This document shows, one piece after another, positions 35,201-47,899 of a stretch of DNA of 64,000 nucleotides. Origin of the DNA: Raillietiella orientalis (taxonomy: Eukaryota); assembly GCA_036172245.1 (NCBI GenBank), contig JAYWIR010000004.1, positions 2,418,001-2,482,000 of the forward strand. Reading direction: 5' to 3'. Below the pieces are notes generated by a model that was given only the letters and a program-made list of their open reading frames with translations, made no database searches and was not told where the DNA came from. The number at the start of each line of letters is the position of its first letter. Position 1 is the stretch's first letter. Made by a program: the position numbers and the translations under genes.

Positions 35201-38200
35201 CTGGAACTGTTGGTCCCGATGCGGCTGGACGGGGACAGTCTCCCGGCTCTTAGGTCGTTTGGTGATCGTCACAGCAGCCAAAGCTGCTTGCCAGACTTTT
35301 GAGAGGAGAAGCCACCCCAAGGAGCTGGATGGACGGGTCACTACTCCGTTCTCCCTCTCTCCCCTCCTCCCTCCCACCAAGCCACCGGCAGGCTGTCCAA
35401 GGAAGCGCGATATTCGAGACCGAAGAGAGTTGCGCATGCGCGCGCGCCGGTTTTTGGGAGATCGGTAGAGCCCGATGCTGCACCGAGGACAGAGGACACT
35501 CCTGAGCTCAGAGTCTCCTTCCTGGAGTCGAGCGCGACCGTCTGGAGAGGGGGCCAGCGTTCGCGGCAGCGCGGCGGGGTCTTTCCGATTCTCCGCCGGG
35601 TGGTAGAGGGCGGCAGCAGGGCTTTGGCGCGTCAAAGGGAAAGCAAAAGGTCTGCTGGCGATCGTAGGAACGGAACACTCCCCGCGGTATCCCCGTCTTC
35701 TTGCGTCCTTCAAGGCCGGTAAATCGGCTTCCCTCGGGGCCGCTGCCCTTCGAAATGGGAAAGTTCCCGACGATTGCATGTCGCCGATTGGCGGCTCGAT
35801 AGATTGTTCGTTCCCTCCTAACGAGGGAGATGTTAATTCCTTCGTCAGCCAGAAAACAAACAAACAAACAAAAAAAGGAGGAGGAGAAGAAGAAGAAGAG
35901 AAAACAAAATCCGGAACCTTCACTTAACCTTCACTTTCACCTTCCCTTTCTACCGGGAGGCGCGCGCGTTCCGAAAGGATCCACTGCGACCAAAACAAGT
36001 CGGGCAGCCTGGGGTGTTCGCCCGCGACGCGCCGGCTCGACCGGAAAGCGCGGGTGCGCGCCCTCGCACGGGACTGGGCGGTCTGCCGTCAACGAGCTGC
36101 TAAGCCGCTCCTTTTCCTCCCGGGAGCAATCAGCATCGCACGAGCGTCGATGATCGCTTGGCGGGTGCTCTTAGCCCGCTTTCCATCTCGCGGACGCCGC
36201 CGCCAGTTCGTTTCGTTCGGTACTCCTCGCGCCTGCGCGGCTACCTAGGAACGGAAGCGAAGTGTCTCGAGCACGGATCGAGGGGGGGGAAAGGTGTGCG
36301 TCCGCGGTGCCCGGGTCACCTCCTCCTGGGGAAAGGGGGGGCATGGGACCCTGTCCCGTTCTCAGGCACCCCTTTGCGCGCGCAGTGCTGCGTGACGACC
36401 GTCGACCTGTAGCCGCAGCCGGCAGTGGCGACAATGGCGGTGATGACCCCCGCGAGAAAGGTTCACCTTGAAAGTGCGGATCGCCCGCGCGCTTTCCTCC
36501 TTCCGGGACATTCCCTGTGGCCGCAGGGGTCAAGGATGACTACTGTCGGGAGACGAGCCCCGGAGCTCTCCGGACAAACGCGAGAGCATCCGCCTGGAAT
36601 GAATTTTTTCCAGGATATGGCGACCGCTCTGCTGAAGGTCAAGGATGCCAACGTGATATCCGTCGACTGGGGAGGAGGCTCCATGGGGCTGTACACCCAA
36701 AGTGTCGCCAACGCCAGGCTCGTCGGCCTTGAATTGTCCTACTTCATCCGGTACATCATGGTAAGAGGGAAGCAGAAAGAACGAAGGGGAGGAAGAACAG
36801 TGTTTTTCTCCCCCCCCTTCCCCCCTCCTTTTTTTCTTTCCCCTTCCATCTTATCTCTCCCTTCCATCTCCTTCCCCTTCCAAATTCTTCAGAAACAATA
36901 CGCCACTGATCTGTCCAAGATGCACCTGATTGGCCACAGTCTGGGGTCCCACATCGCCGGCTACGCCGGGTCGGAGATCAGAGGCATCGGCAGGATCACG
37001 GGGTTGGATCCTGCCGAGCCCTTCTTCCAAGGAATGGGGCTGAAGGTGCGGCTCGACCCCTCCGACGCCAAGTTCGTGGACATCATTCACACGGATGGCC
37101 AGAGCATCCTCTTGCAATGTAATGAACCTTCCCCTCCCCCGCGCGCCACCTTCACGCTCCCACTTCCACTTCCAGTTCTGCCCCTGCAGCTGCTCACCGG
37201 CTGGCTGTCCTCAGGTAAACCGAAAAGCAGCCCTGCTTGCCCGCGCTCTGTGTCCCGGGAATCCCGGGGTCCTTGCGGCGGTCCTTCCTTCCCTCGTCGC
37301 TCTCGGGACGCGCGCCGTGCCGTGACACTCCGGCACGCTTCCACCATTCTCCGCGCCCGTGCCCGAGACACACCCGAAAGGGGGCGTGGCCTCGGAATCC
37401 CCTGAGCGAGGAAAGCGATCCGGCGGCGACGGCAAAGGCAGGAGTCGAGTGGCGTCAGCAACAGCAGCAGCTGAACCCCTCCCCCGTGTGTCGGACGAAT
37501 CTGCCTGGATGGCGGCGGAGCGGCGAGAGAGAAAAACGGAGGGAGCAGCTGGAAGCAGGGGAAGACCGGGGTGGGGATGAAAAAGGAGGGTTCGCTCCTG
37601 AACCAGGCCACGAGCCGGCGCGTTGGCTCCATAGGAGGGGGCCAAAGAGGAGGAAGGACAGGCGAAACCCGAAGAAGACTCCCGTTGACTCGTCCGGGAC
37701 GTGTCGCATGGTGTGGCGCCGAGATACGTCCTTCGGTACCAGGCGCAGCCTCGCTCGTAGGGAGGAAGTGGGGTGGATAAATGGGAGCGCTCCCGCTTTC
37801 GCCTGCGGCATCCTCCCGCTCCTTCCCCAAGGGAGACCCGCGGCCGCCGCGACCACCTCCGCCCCATATTGAAACTCGCGCCGTGTGGTTCCAGGGCGCC
37901 ATTCGCCGCGCCGCGGGATGGCGTCCCCGTTCATGGTGGAAGAACCTGCTCCAGCGCCGAGCCTTGCCCTGCGACAGGAAGACATCCCGAGGATCTTCGG
38001 CGCCGCCGCGGACCTGTCCATGGACACACCGGTAAACGCGGAGCGCGGAAAGATCCGGGACTCCCGTCGCGGGCGGGGAGAAGAGGGGATCGGAAGAGGA
38101 AGCTCCTAAGGCGCAGAGGAGGGGGGCTCTGTGTTCCTGAGGCGAAGTATGTCGCCGAAAGAAGGGAAGGGATGGAATCGCCCCAGTACAGGAAGGGTAC

Positions 38201-41200
38201 GATGACGGGAAAACGCTGCCGGACTCGGGAAGGGAAAGTGCTGAGGACGTGGGAGCAGCGGGAAGGGTGCGAGGACGAGGATCCCCTGTTCCTGCGCGGC
38301 GTCTCACTCGGGCGCCTTTTCGTCCGGGGTTTCAGAGAAGTCCGCCGCCCTCTCACTCCAGAGCGGTGTCCCAGAGGAGAAGGCTCCTCCCTGGAACGCT
38401 ACCGATGCCGCTCTGCTCTTCACGCTTTCCCGGTCCCATGAGGGGACACGTGTTCCCTGCAGGGAGCGGCGCAGCCTGGCAGACGAACGCGGGGGACAGC
38501 CTCCCACGTTCTATCCAGCTCTCCCCCGGGCAGCAGCGTGAGCGAAGAGCGCGCTCGCACCGTGGCGCAAGAACATCAGTGACCGCGGATGTTTCTGCGC
38601 CTCCTTTTTGCTCGTGAGGCTTCTTCCCCCCCTCGTCCCCATCCTTCCGTCTCTTCCTGTCTCCCCAGTTACCGAACGATGACACTTCTTCCCGAGAGGG
38701 CGTCTCGAGGCCCCCGGGACGACCTCGCGGCCTCATCTCGAGGTCACCTGCGAAGGATGCTCTGAGGAAGAGCTCGTGGTCGGAGCTGGAGGATAAAAGG
38801 AGGATGTCCCGATACTTCTGAGCGGAGGTCGCCCTCGAGTCCAGTCGAGAGGGTGCCGGGATCGAATCTCCAGAAGAAGCCGTCCGGGAGGCGACGCCCG
38901 GAGAGAACTCGTTCTGCGGTTGGCATGGCGAAGAGTCCGCACGTCCCCAGCGATACGAAGACCTGCACCGTCCGAAGCAGGCTTTTTTCTCAGGGAGGAT
39001 GCCCCCTCCTTCCCTTCCCCTTCCCGATCTCTGCAAGAGCCGCATAAGAATGCCAGAGTCCCCGCCAATCACTTGAGTGAGGAACGCTGCTGTCCTCTGC
39101 CGTGTGCCCGGGCACGGGAGCAACGCCAGGGACACCTTGCAAGAGAGAACCTCCAGAGGACGTGATTACGCGCAGGGGCTGCCAGCAGCCGGAGGGAAGA
39201 GCGCTGGACGGCTGGGAGCTCTGCTTTCCAGGTCAGAGGGGCCGTCGCGGTGAGGGGAGGGGAAGATGGCCCGTGGGCATCTCCAAGGCAACGGATAGCG
39301 TCGCTGCTCTGCCTGCCGGCGCGCAGCGAGGAGTCACGTTCCGAGGCTCTGCGCGCTCCGACAGGAACCATCCCGCCCTGAAGTTTATTTAGCAGTGGTC
39401 ACTTGCGAAGGTGCTCATCGACGCGGGTTAAGTAGGGCTGGGTTTTGGTGTGCGAACGAGGCGGTGGGGCGTGCCGCAGAACGTTTGAGACGGAGGCGAA
39501 GTGCAAGAGGAGCTGAACCGCACGAACAGCGCATGAGCAGGAATTACTCAAGCGGAACGCGAACGCAAGTCACGTGCGTAGCCTTAATCTGAGTGACTGC
39601 GGGGTTAATCAGGACGTACCGTCCTGGCGAGCATCCGCGTCCGCGGGGAGGGGTGGCGGTGTAATTACTGAGCAATTAATTATCATTCCTACTCAGTAAA
39701 CAGGCCTCACGGAATCGTGTGCATTTGCCGCCGACGGCCGCGGAGGGGTTTCGCGGAGGCGCGTGGAAGATTTCGGGAGCAGGCCACCGCTCGCAGCGTC
39801 AGGTGGTAACATACCACGCCGTGACGTGTGCATGAGGCGTGCTGTTCCCTTGTTCTATCTCCCGGAGCGCCCTGGGGGTGCCACGCGGTTCCCCGAGCCA
39901 TCCGTATGTGCCGGAGCGGGAGTCTGCGGGACGTGCGCCCGGTGCTCGGCGCCTTTCGACGGGGAAGGGCGCGGTGCCACTCCTTTCCCCCAGGAGGAAT
40001 CCTGCTCCTGCCTGCCGTTCCAGCCGAGCTGCTGACGAGTCCGAGAAGGTGCCGTTCGAGATCCCGAGAGAGGTGAGGCGGCGACGCCGGTGACAAGGGG
40101 ACGGGGTGCGGAAGTTGAAGGTCTGAGGGGGAGTCCGAAGCCTCCGGTCCGTCCTGGAGGGAAGGAGAGGCTCCAGAGGCTCGTGCTGCCTCCTGCCGCT
40201 CCCCCGTTTCCTTCCTGCTCCCTTCCAACGCTCGAACCGTCCTCTCCTGTATCTCCTCCCGAGCGCGCGCGGCAAACGTGCGTGCATAGCGAAGTCCGTC
40301 GCGCGCGTGCAACCGGCTGAGGGATCGCACGCGTCGCTTCTCCGTGCGCTTCTTTCTCTCCTCTCTTCCAGGATACGGAATGAATAAACCTTGTGGCCAC
40401 GTCGATTTCTACCCAAACAATGGTAGGGAGCAACCAGGGTGTGCCATGGGAGGCATTCAAAAGCTACCCACTATCTTGATCAGGCAAGGGGTAGTGGAGG
40501 CGGGAAGAAACCTGTTCGCCTGCAACCATCTCCGCTCCATCAAACTCTTCACCGAATCCATAGCCACCCCGTGTCCCTTCGTGGGCTACAGGTGCTCGAG
40601 TTACGAGGTGTTCACCAAGGTAACCCGCGTGCGATCTTCGCCGGGTTCGAGCCGGCCCCTCCTCCTCGCCCCCCGCAGGGCCGGTGCTACGGGTGCGGCG
40701 CGGAAGGGAAGAGGTGCGCCTTCCTCGGGTTCTGGTCCACTAACTACGCGCCGAATCTAAGGAATAGGACGCACCAGACGTTCTACCTGCTGACAGACGC
40801 CAAAGCTCCCTTTTGCAGTAAGCATCATCCCTCCCGCCTTCCGGCAGGAGCCTCCGCTGGCGCCCTGCAAGCGGCGACCGTCATTCCAGGGCACCACTAC
40901 TCCCTCAGGATCACCCTTGCCTTTCCGAGGAGAGCGACGCGCAAGCTCCAGGGGGTGCTCACGCTGAAGCAGATCCAGGGGACGTCCTGGTCAGTGAGCG
41001 ACGTGGTCCTGGCCGACAGGTATGGGCCGGGAGGCAGTGGCAGCGGCGACAGCTCCCTCACCTCTTCCCCCTCTCCCCCATCCTGCCCAACAGGTTCTTC
41101 CCGCTACAGCACGGAAGGTCCTATGACTTTCTCATCACGTCCGGCAAGAGCCTTGGGGCCATCCAGAGCCTCAGGCTGCACTGGCAGTACGAGTCGAAGA

Positions 41201-41457
41201 TCTTCCCGGCCTGCATCCTGTGGTGCGACTATAGCCTCTTTGTCAGGACCGCCGAGCTGGTGGAGTTCGACACACTCCAGCCGTTCAGCAGGTGCTTCCG
41301 TCGCTCCCGCCTCGCCCCGCCGGCTGACGCGTCCCGTTCCAGGAACTCCAGGAACCCTGGAAGCTCCGCCGTCATGTGCAGCCCTCATTCCGAGTACGCG
41401 CAGATAGAGAACGATTCCTCCGAGTCCCTGTTTCCCGATCCGTCCTGCGTGAAGTGA
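32257..41457 (+). CDS. Pancreatic triacylglycerol lipase-family protein with PLAT-like C-terminus. Exons 32257-32506, 32987-33264, 36614-36760, 36893-37118, 37176-37214, 40372-40619, 40679-40817, 40890-41019, 41094-41291, 41343-41457; about 589 aa.
   Basis: CYNELGC, FIVHGF, NVISVDW, GHSLG (catalytic Ser), ITGLDPAEP (Asp), LDPSDAKFVDIIHTDG, GHVDFYPNNG..QPGC and FACNH (His). All junctions are GT-AG and exons sum to 1770 nt. Exons 1 and 5 are less certain. Confidence 0.92.
34995..35036. repeat. Perfect hairpin with 19-bp arms and a 4-nt loop, in lipase intron 2
   Basis: GAGCACGTGGCAAAGGAGC-gact-GCTCCTTTGCCACGTGCTC. Confidence 0.9.
35200..35800 (-). mobile_element. Decayed LINE endonuclease remnant in lipase intron 2
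   Basis: AALYHPAE...LQEGDSELRSVLCP resembles VYAP...GDFN.VL. Confidence 0.4.
37400..39400 (-). mobile_element. Decayed L1/Tx1-like LINE (APE plus RT start) in lipase intron 5
   Basis: VIGGDSG (GGDFN), PSRLDSRATS...SSSDHELFL (SRLD...SDH), GVPDLSALRVYRCV and ARVSIW, in order. Confidence 0.65.
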
Positions 41458-41811
41458 GAGCCTCTCCCGGGGACGGCATGATGTCCCCTGCCCCACAGAG
41501 CTTCCAAGCTCACGTCAAGATATTTCTCTCCCCCTTTCCCCCCAACTCCCTTTCGGCTTCCTTCCCCTCCTCCTCCTTCCGACCCGCGCTCACGTTCATC
41601 CCCCGACCTCCTGTCGTCCTTCCCCATCCGAAAGTGGAACGGTACGAGGGAAATACACGGACGTGTCGCCCTACATGGTGGAAAGCTGCACCTTGGGTCG
41701 TAGGTCGTCTATGATAGAGAAGCGATCGCCGCCCACCCTCTGAGCATCATCGGACGTGCGACCGCTCTCCGAAGAGGAGAGGAAAGGAAAGGAAGGGGGG
41801 AGGAAGGAATG

Positions 41812-41950
41812 AGGAAAGACCTTTCCAGGGAGGGCGGAGGAAGAAAGGAGGAAAGACTTTCCCAGGGAGGGAGATGGGAAGGAAGTAAGAAAGACCTTCC
41901 CGGGAAGGAGGGTGGGAAGGAAGGAGAAAAGACCTTCCCGGAGGAGGAGG
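41812..41950. repeat. Purine-rich tandem repeat, 4 units of about 37-39 bp
   Basis: A core resembling AAAGAC(C)TT(T/C)CC(A/G)GG occurs four times, separated by GGA/GAAG spacers. Confidence 0.75.
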
Positions 41951-42899
41951 AGGGAAGGGGGGAAGAAACAAAGCAGAACGAGCAAGAAGCAGCAACATGC
42001 AGCCGGTGCTCTGTTTGAGCTTGAAGTTTCGCGAGTGTCGGACCACCCTCACTGCCGCTACTCAGGAGGTAGCGGGCGAGAAGGACGGTCCGCTCAAGAA
42101 TCCAGTGAGCTCCTCCAAGGTCGCCCGGCTTTGCACCTCACTTGAGTCCCTTCCTACCTTCCTGTTGCTCCTCCGCGTGAGGCCGATCTCGCCTCCCCCC
42201 GTTTCGGAAGGCGACGTGTGATCTGACCTCCCACTTTCTCCCTTTCCGCCATCCGCAAGATGGAGACATCCGGTAGCCCTGAAGAGGAAACCGGGGAAGC
42301 TCCTCGTCCGGGAGGAGCGCTCAAGTCGGAAACGGACGCGGAGCCCCCCCACCACCAGCAACTTCCTGCCGCCGTCTCGGATTCCCTGCCACCTCTGCTC
42401 TTTCCGGCTTCGACTGGCGTCACTTTCCGGGGAACGTTTCGAGGGTGGCACACCCGGGGTTCCGCCTGCGATTCTTTCCCGCTTCCCCCTTTTGCTCTAG
42501 TCGGCCTCCCTACTGGCCATCTATTCCTTCCAGCCTCACTCTATTTCTCTGTCTGTAATCCGTTTGAGTTTCTCCATGTTTCCAGATCTACTCTAGATCG
42601 TTCCTGCTCGCTCGCCCGCTCGGGATTCCTTGTGAATGATGGGTTCGCATCCGATAGTCCTACCCTAGCGACCCACTTTCTTCGGCTCTGCCCAGTGGAA
42701 AATGCTCCCAATGCAAATCTCTAGCCAACTGTCCTTCTCTCCCAACATCTTGGAGCTCCATGCATCTGGACCTGCCTCCTCGGAGAGCTGAGCATCCATC
42801 TGAAACATCTGCAGGGATGCGCGCGTCTTCTCTCCGAGGAAGAAGACCTCGGTTCTCGTTCAAAGAGGAAGCTCAAGAGCCTTCTCCTAGCAAACCTCT

Positions 42900-44680
42900 C
42901 TCTCCACCCCCGCTCCTCTTGCAGCCCAGCTTGCGAAGCTGCGGGTTGTCTTTATAAGAATCTCTCCACAGCCAACCGAAGTGCAACATCTGAAAAAGAG
43001 GCGTCGCCCACTGGGAGCAGCAGCACGGGGAGCAGGAGAAAAGTCTTCTAGGAGACCGACTTGCTGCTCCAAGCTCTTGACGTCAGCTGCCACGGATTCG
43101 AACTGAGAAAGCTGCACCTCGTCGACGCCGCAAATCTTCACTGAGCTGAGAGGGAGACGGCATCCGTGAGAAATCGGAATCGATTTTCTCTTGTTGACGC
43201 CACTTGTTTGCTCACGAATAAACAATGTACCGGTCTTTTTCCGATCGCTCCGATTGCGTCATATCTTCACGTCATTCCTTCCTTTCATTCGAAAAAGACG
43301 TTGGCTGTTGCCCAGCAACCTCCCAGTGCACAAATACAAAGCCAAACAAAGGTCACCAGCGCCATCTCAGCTCCGCGAGTGGCTGCCGAGCGACTGGCGC
43401 GAAGACGAAGTCTTCCTCATGCACCGGACCCATGAACTTGCCGCTCGCTATTTCATCTTTGTGATGGACGTGATCGCCACAGAATCCCCATTTCCTATTT
43501 TCGTTGCTCGTGAACGCATCCCATGACAATTACGAAAATGACCCCGTCACGAGCTTCTACCATGACAGAAACTCCCCATCATCATTCGCCGTCTCGCTCT
43601 CCAGATCCAAGTCAGCGCACCATTCTGCAACGCGGCAGACACCTTTCCTTTGTCAGTCTTGCATATTCCACTCGTCTTGCTCTCTCCAGCCTTCCAGAGT
43701 TTTCGACAAAGCACTGTGACAGTTCGTGAGAGATGATCACACCGCTGATTTCTTCGAGTTCATCAAGATCAGCAGCGTCTTATCTTGCTCTGAATACGTA
43801 AGACGAGGCGGGGTGTGCGGGTGAGAAATGGGTCACCGCTCTCCGTGACCACATTTCCCTCGATGGGAAGAACTCATTTCAGGGGCTACGATGCCCAAAT
43901 CTGCCGGCATAACTTGTAACAACATCCTCTCAGTAGCATTCTCGCTCTCATCTTGCCATTCGACGGGTCCACCATACGGTTGGTTTTTCCTCTAATGCTG
44001 CGCCTTTCCAAGAAACATAAGCAAACCATCCTTCTCAGGGAAGCATTGTCGAATTACCTGCAAGTTTCGGTGGATCACTTGATCCTGAAGAGGATTCATC
44101 ATCGTTGGCATGCCGAGCATCATCGGCGTTCCGTTAACCAGGATAAACTGTGCTGAGGATTCTTGTGGTCGGTAACATGGAAGCATCCTGAATCCATGGA
44201 AAGATAGGAGAGGAACAAGGAAGGGGAGGAGGAGCGCTGCATAGTTCTTCTAGGAAATTCCGAAACGAGTTTCATCTTCCTGTCTTCCCTGATACTAGAA
44301 ATGAGCTATTTCTATAAAATTCTTAGAAGACTCTGCTTTGAGCTCGCTCATCTGGTCTCTCCCAGTGAAAGATGGTTGGATTCTTTCACAAGGAAATTAT
44401 GCCATCTCTACGTTCTCTGGAGGCCTGGGACCCGAAAAAGTACGAACCCGAGAACAGAACCCATAGATGCAAAAAGCATGAGCCGGGTCAGAGTTCAGCA
44501 CTGCAGGAACATTTGTTGGGAACGCATCTTAGGTCGCCATCCAGGACGAGTCACTGTCAGCCAGCTTCCCATTGAACAACCAGACGATTGTTCAATGAAA
44601 TTCAAAATTATGAACAATTCCTCCTCCCTTTCCCAACGTTTATTGTAGAAAATAAAAATAAAGAAAGTAAACAAGGAACA
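42900..44680 (+). mobile_element. Decayed RTE-like LINE RT region
   Basis: WLPSDWREDEVFLMHR (P..W....V.LI.K), RHLSFVSLAYSTRL, RRG.VRVRNGSPLS, SHLA/FDG (HL.FADD) and IMPSLRSLEAWDPKK (P.L.YG.ETW). Ends in A-rich sequence. Confidence 0.6.
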
Positions 44681-46049
44681 ATGAAGCCGAGCTGATTCTG
44701 CAGTCCCAGAGGATCTCATGGCTTACTTGGCTCAGTGTTTGAAAATTTCCTTCTAAAAAAAAAAAAAAAAACAGTCAACTGTTCGCCTAATGACGAACGC
44801 ACGTACGCAACTCTGCCACTTCCTTTCCGATGCAGCTTTCTTTCCTGTTTCCTAAAATCGCCGTCGAGACACCACGTATCTCCCGTTCCATTTTTTTGCT
44901 TCCTTTTCCTCACCGTTCCCTCAACCCTTCACTCAGCTTTTTATTTCTTCAGCACTGACATACTTACTGCTTGTCCAGAAACCACCTTGGCTCCTTCACA
45001 AGGACTCTTTCTCATTTCTCGTAAATGCGTTTGGAGTCATCGTCGAGCGGATTGAGTCTCATCTGGGCTCTTTGAAGGAAAAAATTATCCTAAAATAAAA
45101 TACAGAACAAAACTCCTTTAAAGATGTGGATGGATTTTCATACCACTGTTGGTACTGCGGATATGCAAGTCACACCTCGTTCATCACTGCTGAAGTCTTC
45201 TATTGTATCCAACCAATCCTACTGCGATGTACTGGGATACTTTCGTGAGCCGCTAGACTTCTGTGCTGATTCTGAAAACAAGCCAAGATCGGCTCTTTAG
45301 ACCAATCTCACTGGACGAGGAAGATCACGGTCAGATTGCGCTGAACTCCTGGAATCCAGCAAACCTGGATATCATTCTGCCGGATACTTGAGACAGACAA
45401 GAACAGGACGAAAGAGAAATTCATGATGCGTGCGTGTGCATTTGGGAAACATTCTGCTGGTTTAGTGAGCACCTGATTTTTCTCTTTTAAAAAATAAAAA
45501 TCTCTGAAAAGAAGGAGTATGCTTCCGGAATCTAGAACCTGGATTCGCAGGACAGGCGCGGCACTTTAGCCAGCATGGGAAGCGCAATTTCCAAGCCCCT
45601 CCCCCCCTCACACTGACGCATGCAAAGCCTGACATGATCTTGGAGAGAAATCTCTGTGATTTAAGATTGTGGTGTTTACACTTTCCCATGCTGAGTCAGG
45701 ATAGCAGTGCCGAAATGGCGTGTTCCGGCTGGACATCCCCTTGGTCATTCCGACAGTTTGTCGGCACAGGTCGTAGAAAGGATCGTGATGTACCTGCGTC
45801 CGCCTATTCAACATTTCGGTCGTAAATTGAAACTGCGAAGCGACGATTCAGAGTTTCACTTCTCTTCGTTGAAATTCAAATCCCCCGATTTCGCAATGCC
45901 TCGCCTTTAGACTGAGCCACCGGACGTTAAGACAGTGCACTATTTTAAACACTTGTGAGCTCGCGTGTTTTTAACGAGGAGGACCACGACGTACGGAGGC
46001 TGCAAATCCGCTGGACGAGGTGTTTCGTGCACACGGTACTGCATCCATA

Positions 46050-47700
46050 ATCCTTGATTGTGCATAACAAATAAGATAACCCACGAAGCACATCATGCGG
46101 ATAGGTGCAGCAGCTGTCTGCCCGTGTTCTGAACCGTCCGTTCGAAGAGCTTCATAGACGTGTTTGCATCATCTGCGCTCCTAGCGAAAAAGAGGGGCTG
46201 TGGATGCTTCCTCCTTTCCCTCCTCCTCCTCCTCTCTCCCTTTTTCCATTTTCCTTTGTTTTTCTCATGTGAGCTTACTGAATTTTTGTAAGGGGAGAAG
46301 CACAACAGCATCCGCGAAACGCGGCACGAGGACCAACGCTTGCAGATACTGAAGTTCGGCTCTGCGGGTTTCGATTTCAGGTGGTAGAAGGGCAATCCCC
46401 AGTACCTCAGCGACAATCGGGTTCATCGGAGAAATGGGATGGCTGGGTTTGCGCTCGTGATGAAGTTTTGCGTTGGCAGTTTTGCTTCGTGCTCTGGGAT
46501 TTAGGGATACCAAGTAGGCGCAGCTGCTGGCACGCATCCTTACATAACCATGTGGGTCTTGGGGGATGAAGCGGCTATCCACTGAGTCTTCCATGCCCAA
46601 TAATTTTTGCTATATTCCCGTTTTAGCATTTCTTTCCCCTCGACTTCACTGTTTCTTCAGCTTTGGCAAGTGCAACCAGCCGCCTGCAAGGGTGTCGCTC
46701 CAGTATTGATTTCCAGCGGTTCCCTAGGAGAAGCAAACGATTCAGGACTTCGGGACCGTCCTTTATGGCTTCATCAGTTTGTGATCCTTTTCGGAACCAG
46801 CAACCACTTCATTCGGATGAAAAAGGAACTCGGTGTTTCTATGATCCATTGCTCCATATGGCATTGTTTCGTCCAATGGAACCAAAGAACGCCATCGGAC
46901 TTCAGAATGGCATCGGAACCCATCTTTGGAGTCACAGAAAACAGAATCGTAGCTGCTGAAAATGTCAAGTATAAGATGCTGTTTCGTGTCCAACCATGGT
47001 TCGTGGAACTTTCTCTTCTGCGTTTGCTGCTTCAGCAACTGGAGACGGCAACAGAAGGAAGCAGGGAAGTCGTTTCCTTTAAGAAGTTCATCCTTGGAGT
47101 GGAATTCCTTCTTTTCCGCAAGGGAAGTCGTATCCTACAAGAGGGGGGAAGGACGAGAAGGGTGATCATTCTGAACTCTGCTTGCCTCTTCGATAGCGCA
47201 CCTGAAGATTTCGACGGGCTTCGGAAGAGAATGGCGACCAAGTGCAAAAACCTCTCTGCCTGTCCGTCAACGAACGGTGTTCACATGACACTCCGAGCCC
47301 TACTAGTTAACTCTCAGGGGTTCTGAGATCCTTGAAATGAAGTGATGAGAGGACTGGAAATCCCGGAGCTACACCACCGGGTACGACAGAGTGAAGCACC
47401 TTATGGTTGCCTTCAACATCCGGTATGGCCACGATAGCTATTGGACCACAGACTGGGGCATTTCCTGATGCAGAGAACGTACCAAGGGGAGGCAGCACCA
47501 GTAGTCGTGGATACAGACGTAGGTTTTTGAAAAGTCATCCCGTGACCTCATTCTCCCAGAACGACATGACAAGGCATAAGCATGAAGATATTGAAGACGG
47601 AGTGAAGACAGAGTCCTGCCTCCCAATCGTTTCGCCTGCTTTTGTTCCTTTTTCTTCCATTTATCTCGGATTAGCTTTTCGATTTTCGAATGAGGATTTT
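46050..47700 (-). mobile_element. Decayed L1/Tx1-like LINE (ORF1 plus APE)
   Basis: KVLHSVVPGGVAP, DGQAERF/LGRH knuckle, MGMEDSV..P, and RYWGLPFYHL (GYWKLN.S.L). Confidence 0.55.
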
Positions 47701-47899
47701 TTCTTCAGTTTTTCCCGATGGGGACTGCGTGACATCGCCATCCCCCCACACCGACGACAATCAAGAGTGGGTGTTGGGTTCCCAACAGCGGAAGGACTAG
47801 AACGTGTTCCCGATGTTCCTTCTGTTTGGACTCGCGCATCTTATTGAACGCTGAGCTTCAGAATGGGCAGCGTGAGTGGAGTAATTAGCACCATCCCTT

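Noticed and set aside
37118..40373. Lipase as a pseudogene or TGA readthrough/selenocysteine case
   Set aside because: A canonical AG/GT-bounded 39-nt exon restores the frame and the expected Gly.
41812..41950. CRISPR-like repeat-spacer appearance (also 23560-23800)
   Set aside because: The context is eukaryotic, the repeats are degenerate, the spacers are low-complexity and mutually similar, and there are no cas genes.
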